DNA of 64,000 nucleotides. It comes from an uncultured bacterium. GTDB taxonomy: Bacteria; Abyssobacteria; SURF-5. Where the stretch lies: positions 1 to 64,000 of the forward strand of contig CAZSKP010000026.1 of the NCBI GenBank assembly GCA_964607485.1. Direction: 5' to 3'. A program made the translations under genes and the position numbers. A model generated the notes under the pieces. The model worked only from the letters and a program-made list of their open reading frames with translations. It searched no databases and was not told where the DNA came from. This document shows positions 18,789 to 27,937 of this stretch, one piece after another (the first letter of the stretch is position 1; each line of letters starts with the position of its first letter).

Positions 18789-20348
18789 ATGGATAGGATA
18801 CCTTTCAGACGAGCTCACGGATTGTTCTCGATAGTCCTGCTTCTTGCGGCGCTCTCGGGCGGCGCGGGGTGCGGCTGGCCCGCAGAGGGAACCCACTTCG
18901 AAATGACCCAGCCCCCAATCGCAGAGGAGGCGGAGCAGAACCTGCTGGAAAATCGGGTGATGATGGCTCGCCCGGAGGCGTTCGCCGAACTCGAGCGGCC
19001 GCCGGTAGTGTTCGACCATCGCCGGCATACGGAAGCGTTGAAGGAAGAGGGCTGCCGCGGCTGCCATCCGGCCGATGGGCAAGGGAAAGTGGATTATCAG
19101 TACGTCGAGTGGCGAGAGCTTCCGGATAGGCGCGCGCTCATAGACGCGTATCACGAAAAATGCATGAAGTGTCATTATGAAGGCGTCACGGAGGAGGGTA
19201 AGAAAGTCCGCGCCTTGACTTGCGGGGAATGCCATCTCGAAACGATGGCATACAAAACGCTGGAATGGTACCCTGCGACTTTCGACCATTTCCACCACAT
19301 AGACGCAATGGAAAAAGGGTGCGACACGTGCCATCACCAATACGATGAGGAGCGGAAGAAACTGGTCTACGAAAAAGGCCAGGAAGAGGCCTGTGGCAAA
19401 TGCCACAAAGACACGCCGGAGGGAAATAGGGACTCGCTTCGAAAAGAGGGTCACACAAGCTGCATCGGCTGCCACGAGGAGAAGTACCTGGCGGGCGAAA
19501 TCAAGCTCGATCCCTACGATTGCCGGCAGTGTCACAAGCCCGAGGCGAAGCCTCTACCCGAAACGAGAGAGATCGTCGCCCGAATCTATCAGGCGCAGCC
19601 GACGGAACTGTTAATCAGCTATCCCGGCTCGATACTGCCGCCGGTTCCGTTCGACCACGAAAAGCACGACCCGAAGAAAGAGTGTAGCAAGTGCTGCCAC
19701 CATTTTCACGTGAGAACGCTCGTGGCGGCGGACACGCGCTTCCAAGAAACCGCCGACGCCTGCCGGCAGTGTCACGAGCAGGCCGAGGTTTCGGCAAGAG
19801 CCGGCTGCGTGCAAGCGGACAAGATTTACCACGACGCCGAGTCGCCCAACAGTTGTGTCGGGTGTCACACGGAGCAAAATAAGGAAGTGACTAAGGAAGA
19901 CGAAAAGAGGCCAGTGAGTTGTAAGGGATGCCACACGGGCGACGTGACCGCCGTCCAGCCCGTCGAAATGGAAAAGGCCGGACCGCCCGAGGAAGGGCCA
20001 GAGACATACATCATAGCCCGGATGTCGAGAAAGTACCTGCCCGTGAAGTTTCCCCATGCGTCGCACACGAAGATGATCACCAACTGCGATTCCTGCCATC
20101 ATCACGGCCCGGAGAAGGAAAAGCCGACGTGCAACACATGCCACGGCGCTCCGTTGGATTTCATGAAGCTGACCAAGCCGAGACTCATCAGCGCCTACCA
20201 TCGTATGTGCATGGGATGCCACAGGGGCATGGGGACCGGCCCTGTTGCGTGTACGAAATGTCACGAGGAGCGCGAGACCATCTATCCGACCGGCCAACGC
20301 CTGCAGACGACGAGGGCGGCGGAACCCCCCTCGCCGCCCGAGTTGTAA
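18789..20348 (+). CDS. High-molecular-weight cytochrome c3-family protein, about 15 hemes (HmcA-like)
   Basis: Signal peptide; 14 CxxCH plus CSKCCH; four c3-type FxHxxH domains. Confidence 0.82.
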   Translation: MDRIPFRRAHGLFSIVLLLAALSGGAGCGWPAEGTHFEMTQPPIAEEAEQNLLENRVMMARPEAFAELERPPVVFDHRRHTEALKEEGCRGCHPADGQGKVDYQYVEWRELPDRRALIDAYHEKCMKCHYEGVTEEGKKVRALTCGECHLETMAYKTLEWYPATFDHFHHIDAMEKGCDTCHHQYDEERKKLVYEKGQEEACGKCHKDTPEGNRDSLRKEGHTSCIGCHEEKYLAGEIKLDPYDCRQCHKPEAKPLPETREIVARIYQAQPTELLISYPGSILPPVPFDHEKHDPKKECSKCCHHFHVRTLVAADTRFQETADACRQCHEQAEVSARAGCVQADKIYHDAESPNSCVGCHTEQNKEVTKEDEKRPVSCKGCHTGDVTAVQPVEMEKAGPPEEGPETYIIARMSRKYLPVKFPHASHTKMITNCDSCHHHGPEKEKPTCNTCHGAPLDFMKLTKPRLISAYHRMCMGCHRGMGTGPVACTKCHEERETIYPTGQRLQTTRAAEPPSPPEL

Positions 20349-20362
20349 CCTGAGAGGCATCT

Positions 20363-22165
20363 ATGCAACAAGCCGAATGGGAAAAATGGCTGCGCGACCG
20401 GCTCTTTGAAAATGTGCCGTGCTGTATCGCGATAATAGACCGGCACTACAACATCGTCGAAAACAACAGCGCCTTCCGGTCCGTCTTTGGTGAAGGTAAG
20501 GGACGGAAGTGCTACCAGATCTACAAGGGTGGGACCGAACGCTGCAGCGACTGCATGGCCTCCCAGACGTTCGCTGACGGCATGCCGCGCGTGAACGACG
20601 AAGTCGGTATAGACCACATGGGCCGCACGGCTCATTATCTGGTACATGTGATACCAATCACGAGTGCGGACGGTTCCATTCCATACATTGCGGAACTCTC
20701 CACCGACGTGACGGAAATCAAGCGTGTGCAGCGGGAATATCAGACGCTGTTCGAGCAGGTCCCGTGCTTTGGAATGGTTGTAAACAGAGACTTCCGCATT
20801 GTGCGCGCAAACGAGCGGCTACGCCAAATGTTCGGCGAATGCACGGGCGAGCACTGCTACAAAATACTGAAGCATCGGTGGGAAAAATGCGATGATTGTC
20901 CGGCAGAGCTGACCTTTGCGGACGGCCAGTCCCACACCTCGAACCAGGTGGGAATAAACAAGCACGGCGAACGGACCGATTACCTCGTCAACACCTCTCC
21001 TCTCCTCATGGGGAACCGTCACGTCACCCACGTGATTGAGATGGCGCTCGACCTGACCGAGACAAGGAAACTCGAAACTCAACTCGCCAGAGAGCATTTT
21101 CTCCGCGAGAGCCTGATTGAGAACTCCTTCGATGGAGTTGTGGCAGCGGACCATGAGGGTAGGGTGGTCATTCTTAACTCGGCGGCCGAATCCATGTTGG
21201 GATACAAGGCAGCGGACTTATTGAACAAAGAACCGCCCGATTCGTTCTTCCCCGAGGAGTTTCTGCGCATAATGAAATCGAAGGACGGTGAATGCGTGCT
21301 GCCCGAGTTCGCAATTCCCGCGCGTGACGGCGAACCGATTCCGGTACGGTTTTCCGGAGTCGCCTTGAAACATGGCGACGAATTTATCGGGAGCGCGGCC
21401 TTCCTGCAGGACCTGCGCGAGGTCAAGCATCTCGAAAGAGACAAAATCGAGGCCGAGCGTTTCGCGGCCGTCGGACAAACGGTTGCCGGGCTCGCCCACG
21501 GAATCAAGAACATCCTGACGGGGCTCGAAGGTGGAATGTATGTGTTTAACTCCGGCATGCAGAAAGACAATCGGGAACGCATCGAGCAGGGCTGGCAAAT
21601 GCTCAACCGGAACATCGAGCGTGTCTCGTCGCTTGTGAAGAAGCTGCTCAGCTTTTCCAAGGGCCGTACACCCGAGGTGAAACTTACCGACCCCGGGCGA
21701 CTGCTCGTCGAGGTGGTCGCACTTTTCGAAGACATAGCGTCGCAGCATAAGATCGAGCTCAGAGCGGAGACAGACGACAAGGTGGCTCCGGCCGTTCTTG
21801 ACCCCGAGGCGATTCATGAGTGCCTCGCCAATCTTCTTTCCAACGCCATCGATGCCTGCAAAACGAGCGATAATGTTCCCTGCAGCGTCGTCGCGCGGTG
21901 CGTTGAGGAAAACGGCTGCCTGGTATTTGAGGTGAAGGACTCAGGATGCGGCATGGACGCCGCAACCAAGCGGCGTGTGTTCAGCGCGTTCTTTACCACG
22001 AAGGAAAAGGAAGGCACCGGGCTGGGACTTCTCATCACCCGCAGAATCGTGCAGGAACACGGCGGCAGGATCGCGATAGACTCAGAACCCGGCAAGGGCT
22101 CGCTCTTCAGACTGATATTCCCTCGGGATAGGCTGCCCAGTCTAAGGACGAAACAACCGGAATAG
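20363..22165 (+). CDS. Cytoplasmic PAS-PAS-PAS histidine kinase
   Basis: LAHGIKN H-box; NAIDA, DSGCG and GTGLGL motifs; two PAS with C-X10-C-X2-C. Confidence 0.88.
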   Translation: MQQAEWEKWLRDRLFENVPCCIAIIDRHYNIVENNSAFRSVFGEGKGRKCYQIYKGGTERCSDCMASQTFADGMPRVNDEVGIDHMGRTAHYLVHVIPITSADGSIPYIAELSTDVTEIKRVQREYQTLFEQVPCFGMVVNRDFRIVRANERLRQMFGECTGEHCYKILKHRWEKCDDCPAELTFADGQSHTSNQVGINKHGERTDYLVNTSPLLMGNRHVTHVIEMALDLTETRKLETQLAREHFLRESLIENSFDGVVAADHEGRVVILNSAAESMLGYKAADLLNKEPPDSFFPEEFLRIMKSKDGECVLPEFAIPARDGEPIPVRFSGVALKHGDEFIGSAAFLQDLREVKHLERDKIEAERFAAVGQTVAGLAHGIKNILTGLEGGMYVFNSGMQKDNRERIEQGWQMLNRNIERVSSLVKKLLSFSKGRTPEVKLTDPGRLLVEVVALFEDIASQHKIELRAETDDKVAPAVLDPEAIHECLANLLSNAIDACKTSDNVPCSVVARCVEENGCLVFEVKDSGCGMDAATKRRVFSAFFTTKEKEGTGLGLLITRRIVQEHGGRIAIDSEPGKGSLFRLIFPRDRLPSLRTKQPE

Positions 22166-22176
22166 AACACTGCTGT

Positions 22177-23388
22177 TCATTCGTGCCGAAGCGCGTCGAT
22201 GGGATTGAGGCGAGCCGCCTTCTGAGCGGGGAAATAGCCGAAGACCACTCCCACTGCCCCCGAAAAAACGAAGGCGATGACGACAATTCCCACATTTAAC
22301 ACGAAGGGAACTCTGAGGCCGTTCGCGGCGACGGCCGCCGCCGAGAGTCCGAGCAGAATTCCCCCGACGCCCCCGAATGAAGACAACACGACGGCCTCCA
22401 CCAGAAACTGCAACATTACCTCATGCTCCAGTGCGCCGATGGCGATGCGGATGCCTATCTCCTTCGTTCGCTCGGTGACCGACACCAGCATGATATTCAT
22501 GATTCCAATGCCGCCGACCAACAGGCTCACCGCCGCCACAGCGCCCAGCAGGGCGGTAAGCACGCGGGTTGTGCCCGTCAGAGTGCTGACGAGTTCCTTC
22601 ATATCCCTCACGTGAAAGTCGTCGTCCTTGCCCGGCATGATGCGCCGCCGCTCCCGCATCAACCTCTCGATATCCGCCTGTACTTTTTCGGTGGAAACGC
22701 CGTCCCGCGCCGAGACGTATATTACGCTCACATCCTGGTTGCCGGCAATGCGTCGTTGAAACGTGCGCAGCGGCACGAGCACGAAGTCGTCCTGGTCCGT
22801 GCCGAAGCTGGACTGACCCTTCGATTCCAACACGCCGATCACCCGGCAGGACAGCTTCCTTAGGCGAATCAAGGCGCCCAGCGGGTCTTGGCCGCCGAAG
22901 AGTTCTTTACGGATGGTACTTCCGATAATGCAAACGGATTTGCCGCCCCGCAGTTCGTTATAATTAAACGTGCGACCCGACTCGAGCGCCCAGTTCCGCA
23001 CAGTGAGATAGTCGTTGGTACTGCCTATGACCGAAGTGGACCAGTTGGTGTTTCCCTGGATGACCTGGGTGGATTGGGATGCGGCGGGGGCTACGGCGAT
23101 AATGCCTGAGATGTCCCGGCCGATGGCATCTGCATCTTCCTGCTCAAAAGGTTCACTCGCAGCCCTTGTTCCTCCGGGGCCGTGCCGTCCCTGTCCCGGT
23201 CTTACTTGAAGCAGATTGGTGCCGAGCTTCGAGATGTCGGCGGTCACCTGGGCCGTCACTCCGCCGCCGAGAGTTACCATCAAGATGACCGCGGCGACCC
23301 CTATGACGATACCGAGCACGGTCAAGGACGAACGGAGGACGTTTCGGCGAATTTCGCGCAGCGCCAGCAGGAGCATATCCCACAACAT
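22177..23388 (-). CDS. MacB-family ABC permease
   Basis: LTVLGIVIGV, GGIGIMNIMLVSVTERTKEIGIR and PIDALRHE motifs. Confidence 0.92.
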   Translation of the reverse strand: MLWDMLLLALREIRRNVLRSSLTVLGIVIGVAAVILMVTLGGGVTAQVTADISKLGTNLLQVRPGQGRHGPGGTRAASEPFEQEDADAIGRDISGIIAVAPAASQSTQVIQGNTNWSTSVIGSTNDYLTVRNWALESGRTFNYNELRGGKSVCIIGSTIRKELFGGQDPLGALIRLRKLSCRVIGVLESKGQSSFGTDQDDFVLVPLRTFQRRIAGNQDVSVIYVSARDGVSTEKVQADIERLMRERRRIMPGKDDDFHVRDMKELVSTLTGTTRVLTALLGAVAAVSLLVGGIGIMNIMLVSVTERTKEIGIRIAIGALEHEVMLQFLVEAVVLSSFGGVGGILLGLSAAAVAANGLRVPFVLNVGIVVIAFVFSGAVGVVFGYFPAQKAARLNPIDALRHE

Positions 23389-24125
23389 TATTCCGTCTCC
23401 CCGTTGGACTCGTCGGTGTCGATGACGCCGTCCAGAAAATGGACGATTCGTTTCGCATAGGCGGCCATTTCCTGGTCATGCGTGACCATCACTATGGTGA
23501 TGCCGCGCTCCTTGTTGAACTTCGTGAGTAAGTCCATGACTTCATGACTCCGGGCGGAATCCAGGTTCCCGGTCGGCTCGTCGGCGAGCAGGATCGAAGG
23601 GTCGGTGACGATTGCGCGGGCGATGGCCACTCGCTGTTGCTGTCCGCCCGAGAGTTCGCCTGGCGTGTGTTTCTCCCATCCCTTGAGACCGACCGCCTCG
23701 AGCGCCTCACGCGCGCGGGCGTGGCGTTCTGCCGCAGGAGCGCCGCGATAGATCAGCGGCATCTCCACGTTCTCCAGCGCCCCCGTGCGATTCAGCAGGT
23801 TGTAACCCTGGAAGACGAACCCGAGATAGTTGCGCCGCAGCAGCGCGCGCTGGTCGCGGGACAACGCACCCACGTCCGCGCCCCTGAAAAGATAGGCCCC
23901 GGATGTCGGCGTGTCGAGGCACCCCAGTATATTCATGCAGGTTGATTTTCCCGATCCGCTCGGGCCCATCACGGCGACGAACTCGCCGTCGTAAACACGG
24001 AGATCGATGCCTCGGAGCGCTTGCATGGTCGCCTGACCTTCGCCATAGACCTTGGTCACGCCCTTCAGCTCTATTAGCGACTGGCCGGGCGCACGGGTTG
24101 TTTCGCCTGAAGCTGTGTCGTTCAT
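23388..24125 (-). CDS. MacB/LolD-type ABC ATPase
   Basis: [27 protein letters not shown] and VTHD motifs. Confidence 0.93.
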   Translation of the reverse strand: MNDTASGETTRAPGQSLIELKGVTKVYGEGQATMQALRGIDLRVYDGEFVAVMGPSGSGKSTCMNILGCLDTPTSGAYLFRGADVGALSRDQRALLRRNYLGFVFQGYNLLNRTGALENVEMPLIYRGAPAAERHARAREALEAVGLKGWEKHTPGELSGGQQQRVAIARAIVTDPSILLADEPTGNLDSARSHEVMDLLTKFNKERGITIVMVTHDQEMAAYAKRIVHFLDGVIDTDESNGETE

Positions 24126-25405
24126 GTTCTCGAGTTCTCGATGTTGACCACCAACTCCATCCCCGGCTCGATGTCTCCATCGACTACTTCTGTCATTCGC
24201 CCGTCCGTTGCTCCCGCCGTGAAGGTAATGGGGACCGGGCTTCCCTCTTTCAGCGTCCAGACACGATTGCCGCTGTTTTCGGGCTTTCCTTGTCTCGACG
24301 AGCGTCTGCGCGGGAACGGAAAGATTCTGCTAAGGATGCCGCGGTTTTCGGCCGGAGATTCTTCCGGTTGTTCCGGCGGAGAAAAGCGGAGCGCGGCATT
24401 GGGCACGAGCACGGAGTTTTCGACCTTCCTGACAGTGATATCCGCCGTTGCCGTCATGCCGGGCCTCAGCAGGAGGTCCGAATTGTCAACGGCCAACACC
24501 GTTTGGTAGGTCACTACTCCGTTCACCGTCTGGGAACCGTATCGTACCTGACTGACTCTGGCCTGAAAGCTCCGGTCCGGGTAAGCGTCAACGGTGAAGA
24601 CAGCCTCCTGGCCTTCTTTGACCTCGCCCACATCGGCCTCATCCACGTCCACGTGGAGTTCCATCTTGGTGAGGTCTTCGGCCAGAGTGAACAGGACCGG
24701 AGCTTGAAGCGAAGCCGCCACGGTCTGCCCGGGCTCGACCTCTCGCGTGAGCACAATGCCATTGATAGGTGAGTAGATGACCGCCTTCGACAGGTCGGTC
24801 TTGTAGGTGTCGAGAGAGGCGCGCGCCTCGGAGACCTGTGCATTCGCGCTGGCCTCCTCGGCCTGTGCGCGCTTAAACGCCGCCTCCGCCGCGTCGAGGT
24901 CGTTCTGCGATGGCGCTTTCTTGTTGGTCTTCTCCCAGACCTGTCTCAACCGCTCGAGCTGGTTGCGCGTTTCCAGAACGCTTGCCTGTGCCTGAAGGAC
25001 CTTTGCCTGCGCCGATTCGAGAGCAGCTTGTGACCTGGTGACTTGAGCTTCAAGTTTTTCCGTGTCCAGCCTGGCCAGCGGCTGCCCGACCTTCACCCGG
25101 TCGTTGTAATCGACATAGACGGTCTCGACGATGCCCGACAGCTCGCTGCCCACCTCGACTTGATTGGTCGGCTGGAGAGTACCGGTCGCAGTCACCGAAA
25201 CGACCAGGTTCCCGCGCTGCGCTTTCTGTGTCTCGTACTTGGGAAATTTGGCGTTTTCGGCAGACTTCCGCCAGGCTATGAGGACGCCCAGTGCCGCGAT
25301 TGTCAGCACGGCTGCGAGGAGCAGCCGCTTCAATCGCTTGGCGCGTTTCAACGAAGGACTCGTACCCAGGGTACGGGAGATGTCGGATTCGGGTGTTGTT
25401 GCCAA
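24122..25405 (-). CDS. MacA-family periplasmic adaptor
   Basis: TM anchor, ATGTLQP, SPINGIV and GQTVAASLQAP motifs; TTG start at 25405 after GGAGG inferred. Confidence 0.88.
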   Translation of the reverse strand: MATTPESDISRTLGTSPSLKRAKRLKRLLLAAVLTIAALGVLIAWRKSAENAKFPKYETQKAQRGNLVVSVTATGTLQPTNQVEVGSELSGIVETVYVDYNDRVKVGQPLARLDTEKLEAQVTRSQAALESAQAKVLQAQASVLETRNQLERLRQVWEKTNKKAPSQNDLDAAEAAFKRAQAEEASANAQVSEARASLDTYKTDLSKAVIYSPINGIVLTREVEPGQTVAASLQAPVLFTLAEDLTKMELHVDVDEADVGEVKEGQEAVFTVDAYPDRSFQARVSQVRYGSQTVNGVVTYQTVLAVDNSDLLLRPGMTATADITVRKVENSVLVPNAALRFSPPEQPEESPAENRGILSRIFPFPRRRSSRQGKPENSGNRVWTLKEGSPVPITFTAGATDGRMTEVVDGDIEPGMELVVNIENSRT

Positions 25406-25419
25406 AGTATGAGCACCTC

Positions 25420-26883
25420 CTATTTTTCTGCAGCGGAAGCGAGCGATGTCCATCCGCCGCCGAGCGCCTTGTACAGGCGTATCAGATCGGATGTGACTTC
25501 GCCTTCGCTCACCGATAGTTGGTCCTGCAGCGACAGCAGCGAGCGCTGCGCGTCGAGCACGGTCTGAAAATCGATCAGGCCGGACGAATACTGAGTTTCC
25601 GCAAGGTCGGCAGCCACCTGCGCAGCCTCTGAGGCCTTGATCAGCGACTGCCGGCGTGTTTGTTCATCGGCATAGGCGATGAGCGCGTTCTCGGCTTCCT
25701 CCAGCGCCGCGAGTATCGTTGCCTCATATCGTATCAACAGTTGTTCCTGAAGAGCATTCTGAACCTCGATGCTTTGGCGTATGCGGCCGGCTTCGAAAAC
25801 GCGCCACGAGAAACTGGGACCGTATCTGAAGGTACGGCTCCCCGTCCGGAACAGAGTGTCGAATGAGGGCGAATCGAGACCTATTGAACCGGACAATGTG
25901 AACTTGGGATAAAGCTCGGCCGTTGCTACGCCGATGCGAGCCGTCTGCGCCGCCAGTTGACGCTCGGCGCGCCGGACGTCGGGTCTTTGCCGCAGGGTGT
26001 CTGCCGGCACGCCCACGGCGACCTCGAGTGGTGTCACCGGAATGGGCTTTCGCTCTGACAATTCGATGCCCAGGGCGCCCGGATTCTTCCCCAGCAAGAC
26101 GGCCAGCCTGTTCTTGGCCCTGTCGAGCCCGGTCCGCAATGACGGTATCTGAGCACGTGTGCTCTCCAGATTGTATCTGGCCTGTTCCAAGTCAAGCTGG
26201 CTCGTCAGGCCGGCCTCGAAACGCGCCTCGACGAGCCCGTATGTCTCTTCCTGTGCAGAGAGGTTGGCCTCGGCTATGGAGAGCCGCGTCTGGAACGTGC
26301 GCGTGTCAACGTAGTTCAGAGCCACCTCGGCAAGCAGCGTCACGAGCACATCGTGCAGGTCTTCTTTGCTCGCGTCGAGGTCCGCGTTGGCCGCCTCGAT
26401 AGACCTCCGCACTCCGCCGAACACATCCAGCTCCCACGCGGCGTCGAAGCCGGTCGAGTAAAAGTTGCTCTCGATGCCCCCGCCGGTTTGTTCGCTGCTT
26501 CGGCTTCTGGTCCTCGACCCGGCGGCGCTCACGCTCGGAAAGAGGTCGGCCCTGCTGATGTTCCTGCTCGCGCGAGCCTCACGAATGCGTGCCACGGCCT
26601 CGCGCAGGTCGAGGTTGTTTTCGACGGCGCGCTCGATTAGGCTGGTCAGGGCGGGGTCGTTCAGCGTTGACCACCAATCGGCCAGCGTCCGGCTGTCCAG
26701 GGGTTCGGCTGTCAGGCCGCCTTGTAGCTCCGTGCTCCACTTTCCCGGCGCTGGAACATCAGGGGGGACATAGTCGGGTCCGACGGCCGCGCATCCCGCG
26801 AGTAGCGCCAGCATGAGAGCCAATGGAACCGACAGCATGTATCGCGTATCAACCGGAATGATGCTTCTGTAGGATTCTCGCAT
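25420..26883 (-). CDS. Outer-membrane efflux lipoprotein (NodT/OprM family)
   Basis: LAGC lipobox; WELDVFG, RPDVRRAE and LYKALGGGW motifs. Confidence 0.92.
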   Translation of the reverse strand: MRESYRSIIPVDTRYMLSVPLALMLALLAGCAAVGPDYVPPDVPAPGKWSTELQGGLTAEPLDSRTLADWWSTLNDPALTSLIERAVENNLDLREAVARIREARASRNISRADLFPSVSAAGSRTRSRSSEQTGGGIESNFYSTGFDAAWELDVFGGVRRSIEAANADLDASKEDLHDVLVTLLAEVALNYVDTRTFQTRLSIAEANLSAQEETYGLVEARFEAGLTSQLDLEQARYNLESTRAQIPSLRTGLDRAKNRLAVLLGKNPGALGIELSERKPIPVTPLEVAVGVPADTLRQRPDVRRAERQLAAQTARIGVATAELYPKFTLSGSIGLDSPSFDTLFRTGSRTFRYGPSFSWRVFEAGRIRQSIEVQNALQEQLLIRYEATILAALEEAENALIAYADEQTRRQSLIKASEAAQVAADLAETQYSSGLIDFQTVLDAQRSLLSLQDQLSVSEGEVTSDLIRLYKALGGGWTSLASAAEK

Positions 26884-27151
26884 TTTCCAGAAAAGTTCCT
26901 CTTAAATATCAGCCAGCCGGCCTCGATCAGGCCACCCAGAACAGCCTAGTTTTTCCTTCTGGGTAGGAGAATGAGTCAGTCGATGCCGCGGAGACGGGGT
27001 GGTTTGCCGTTCTTTTTTTATTATACCTCTTTCCCTCACGGTTTTTCCATAATATTTAGACTCTGCGCGCCTGATGAAGGTTAAATTGTGTCCTGGGTGA
27101 CACCGACAAGCCTCCCGCACCCAAAAGACAATAGATGGTCAAATTGGCTCC

Positions 27152-27192
27152 CTTAACGCAAATTTTACATTTTTCTAACACTGTTGTAACAT
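27152..27192 (+). promoter_or_regulatory. Putative Pho boxes upstream of phoB
   Basis: T(A/T)AC at 27154, 27165, 27176 and 27187 (11-bp period). Confidence 0.65.
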
Positions 27193-27247
27193 GCAAGTGG
27201 CAAAAGTTATACTATTGCATCGCGCCGCTTGACATACGGAGGGGCCA

Positions 27248-27934
27248 ATGGCCGGAGAGAACATCCTCGTCGTCGAGGACGACGAAGACATCCTGGAACT
27301 CGTCAGGTACAACCTCGCCAAGGACGGGTACAAGGTAGTCGGAGTGCGCTCGGGTGAGGATGCCGTGAGGTCCGTCGGTTTCAAGGCGCCCGACCTCGTC
27401 GTGCTGGATCTGATGCTTCCCGGCCTTGACGGGCTGGAGGTCTGCAAGGTGATCAGGAACGACCCGACGACCCGGCACGTGCCCGTCGTGATGCTGACGG
27501 CAAAGGGCGAGGAGGCCGACATCGTCACCGGCCTGGAGCTTGGCGCCGACGACTACATCACCAAGCCTTTCAGTCCAAGGGTGCTGGTCGCCAGGATCAG
27601 GGCGGTTCTCCGCAGGAAGACAGTAGAACCCGCCGATGATAGTTCGACTATTCATGTCCGTGACTTGGTGATTCACCCGGGTCGTAACGAGGTCTTGCTG
27701 AAAGGCAAGCCGGTTGAGCTGACATTCACGGAGTTTCGTATTCTCCATCTCCTGGCTCGTCGGCCCGGATGGGTGTTCACGCGCAACCAGATCGTGGACG
27801 CTGTCCGTGGGGAAGACTATGCCGTCACGGCCCGGTCGGTCGATGTTCACATCGTCGGGCTCAGGAAGAAGCTCGGTTCCGCCAAGGCGTACATCGAGAC
27901 AGTGCGGGGCATCGGCTATCGGTTTAAGGAGTAG
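27248..27934 (+). CDS. phoB: Phosphate regulon response regulator
   Basis: REC plus OmpR wHTH; context of the pst operon. Confidence 0.88.
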   Translation: MAGENILVVEDDEDILELVRYNLAKDGYKVVGVRSGEDAVRSVGFKAPDLVVLDLMLPGLDGLEVCKVIRNDPTTRHVPVVMLTAKGEEADIVTGLELGADDYITKPFSPRVLVARIRAVLRRKTVEPADDSSTIHVRDLVIHPGRNEVLLKGKPVELTFTEFRILHLLARRPGWVFTRNQIVDAVRGEDYAVTARSVDVHIVGLRKKLGSAKAYIETVRGIGYRFKE

Positions 27935-27937
27935 CTC

